NCBI GenBank assembly: GCA_012295275.1
Contig: CM022667.1
Span: forward strand, 11,036,001 to 11,100,000
Direction: 5' to 3'
Length of the DNA: 64,000 nt
From: Chrysomallon squamiferum
Taxonomy: Eukaryota; Animalia; Mollusca
Part shown: positions 62,315 to 64,000 of the stretch, one piece after another
Layout of the letters: each line of letters opens with the position of its first letter
Numbering within the stretch: position 1 is the first letter of the stretch
The notes under the pieces: model-generated
Told to the model about the DNA's origin: nothing
Databases searched by the model: none
Seen by the model: only the letters and a program-made list of their open reading frames with translations
Program-made: the position numbers and the translations under genes

Positions 62315-63543
62315 TCATCTTTTCTTTCTTTTATTCTTTCTTTTTTGTGATGTTAACGGAAACGTAGAACATTTCTTTCTCAGTTATACTCAGTAATAAA
62401 AAACCAGTGATAATAACGAAGAGAAATAGATGAGGACATCTTAATGTACACACATGCACACTTACTATATTACATAATATATCTATATATATACACACAT
62501 ACATACACACACACACACACAAAACAAATACGTTAACTGCATACATGCATACAAAAATACAAACACGCAAATATATACAATGCCATATACACACACATAC
62601 ACATGCAAACATTAGAAAACTATTTGACCACCTAGTATGAAAACCACTGACAGATGAATTATTTACAATATTATTTTATCTTGGTCGTAACGTCTAAGTG
62701 AAAACAGAAAGCGATAACCACAGCATAGACTAGGAAGTCACACCGAAGAAGTGGGTTCTAACTTCATTACGAAAAACTAGTCTGGAATATTGATATCATA
62801 GTCAAAATGACCACCGGTCTATTGAAATAGTGCTGCAGATGACCACTGGAAAAATTGATTTCGTATTCTACGTGACCACTGGCCTCGAGTGGAGATGGTT
62901 ACGTTTAACAAAAGGTTTATACGACGTCGCTACTTTGTCGGGATAACTTCGTAAGCTTTATTATTGGTTTGCCTTTTGAAACTGGAACCATCATCAATCT
63001 GGGAATGCTGAATCGTCTAATACAGTTTCTTTCTGAAGGACAGGACAGTAAAAAAAAAAAAAAAAAAAAAAAAAAGGCACCGAGAACAAAAGATACGAAA
63101 ATTGGAGGCGTGAAGACAAAAAAAAAATAAAAAATTCTTCAGCAAGACTCACAGAAAGGTTCTGATGGAGAGAAAAGTCGCATCTGCTTTTGCGAAGGAA
63201 ATAGTTTTCTCATTATCGCATTATCTTGTTGTTCCCCCGAGGAACTTGCGACATCTTGGCCGTGATTTGGACTAATTCGTTTTTGAAACAGGTGATCGCT
63301 GTTGCACCAGGCAGATTGAGGGAAAGACGAGCCATTAACTGAGAGGACAAATGTGTGTGTGGTCAATTATCACAGCCCTGCGTGCGCATCTCTTTTGTTT
63401 TAAGCTTGAGTGCAGTGAATTTGACGACAAGGTGAAATAAATTAAAAAAAATTCGTCGGCGAGGTTTTGAGTGACGGTTGAATCAAATCTGGTTGTTGCA
63501 CGAGTTGTAATGTCGTAAACATTTTAATTTAATTTAATTTAAT

Positions 63544-63602
<59 letters not shown>

Positions 63603-63784
63603 TTATTATTTTTAACATATTCTGACTGATTAATACAGAGACTGAAAAGACAAATTTTCATGTTGCTTCTTGATCAAAGATTAAGACCCTTGTAACTACG
63701 GCGACGATGTAGATAAATGATTTAATTACAATTTTTTTCAACGCGTTCCGCTATAAATTGATATATATTCAAATAAGATAATAA

Positions 63785-63886
<102 letters not shown>

Positions 63887-64000
63887 CCAGACAGAGAGAG
63901 AGTAACATAAAACAGAGATTTAAGACATTACAATTGTGACTCACAATATCACACGTTATCAGACAGTAACATCACGTTTAGTCTCCCTGACATAAAGTTT

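Overview
Eukaryotic, very AT-rich, microsatellite-dense animal DNA, most likely a lophotrochozoan and probably a gastropod mollusc (inferred from gene families and repeat relics). Five protein-coding genes and one pseudogene could be reconstructed by hand. (1) A bursicon-alpha-like cystine-knot hormone (-, 3831-4244). (2) A 4-exon CUB+LDLa single-pass membrane protein (-, 9264-13710). (3) A decayed GPCR pseudogene (+, ~16048-16950) about 1 kb upstream of (4) an intact intronless class-A GPCR (+, 17959-19278). (5) A 12-exon MSP130-family (choice-of-anchor-I-like) gene with a GC-AG intron and a likely GPI tail (-, 24442-31267). (6) A non-alpha nAChR-like Cys-loop channel subunit (-, 42867-55849; signal-peptide exon not securely found). 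The most unusual structure is a 4.7-kb tandem array (~375-bp unit, 12 full units plus a partial one) starting 66 bp upstream of the MSP130 ATG. Its unit is a chimera of the gene's own upstream DNA and a copy of its exon2/intron2 junction. The MSP130 protein also appears to have lost most family-conserved acidic motif residues. Two genes each carry a 1-nt deletion in a G/C homopolymer, probably assembly errors. Most ORF-track entries are microsatellite artefacts. All alignments were done by eye and family consensus motifs are from memory.
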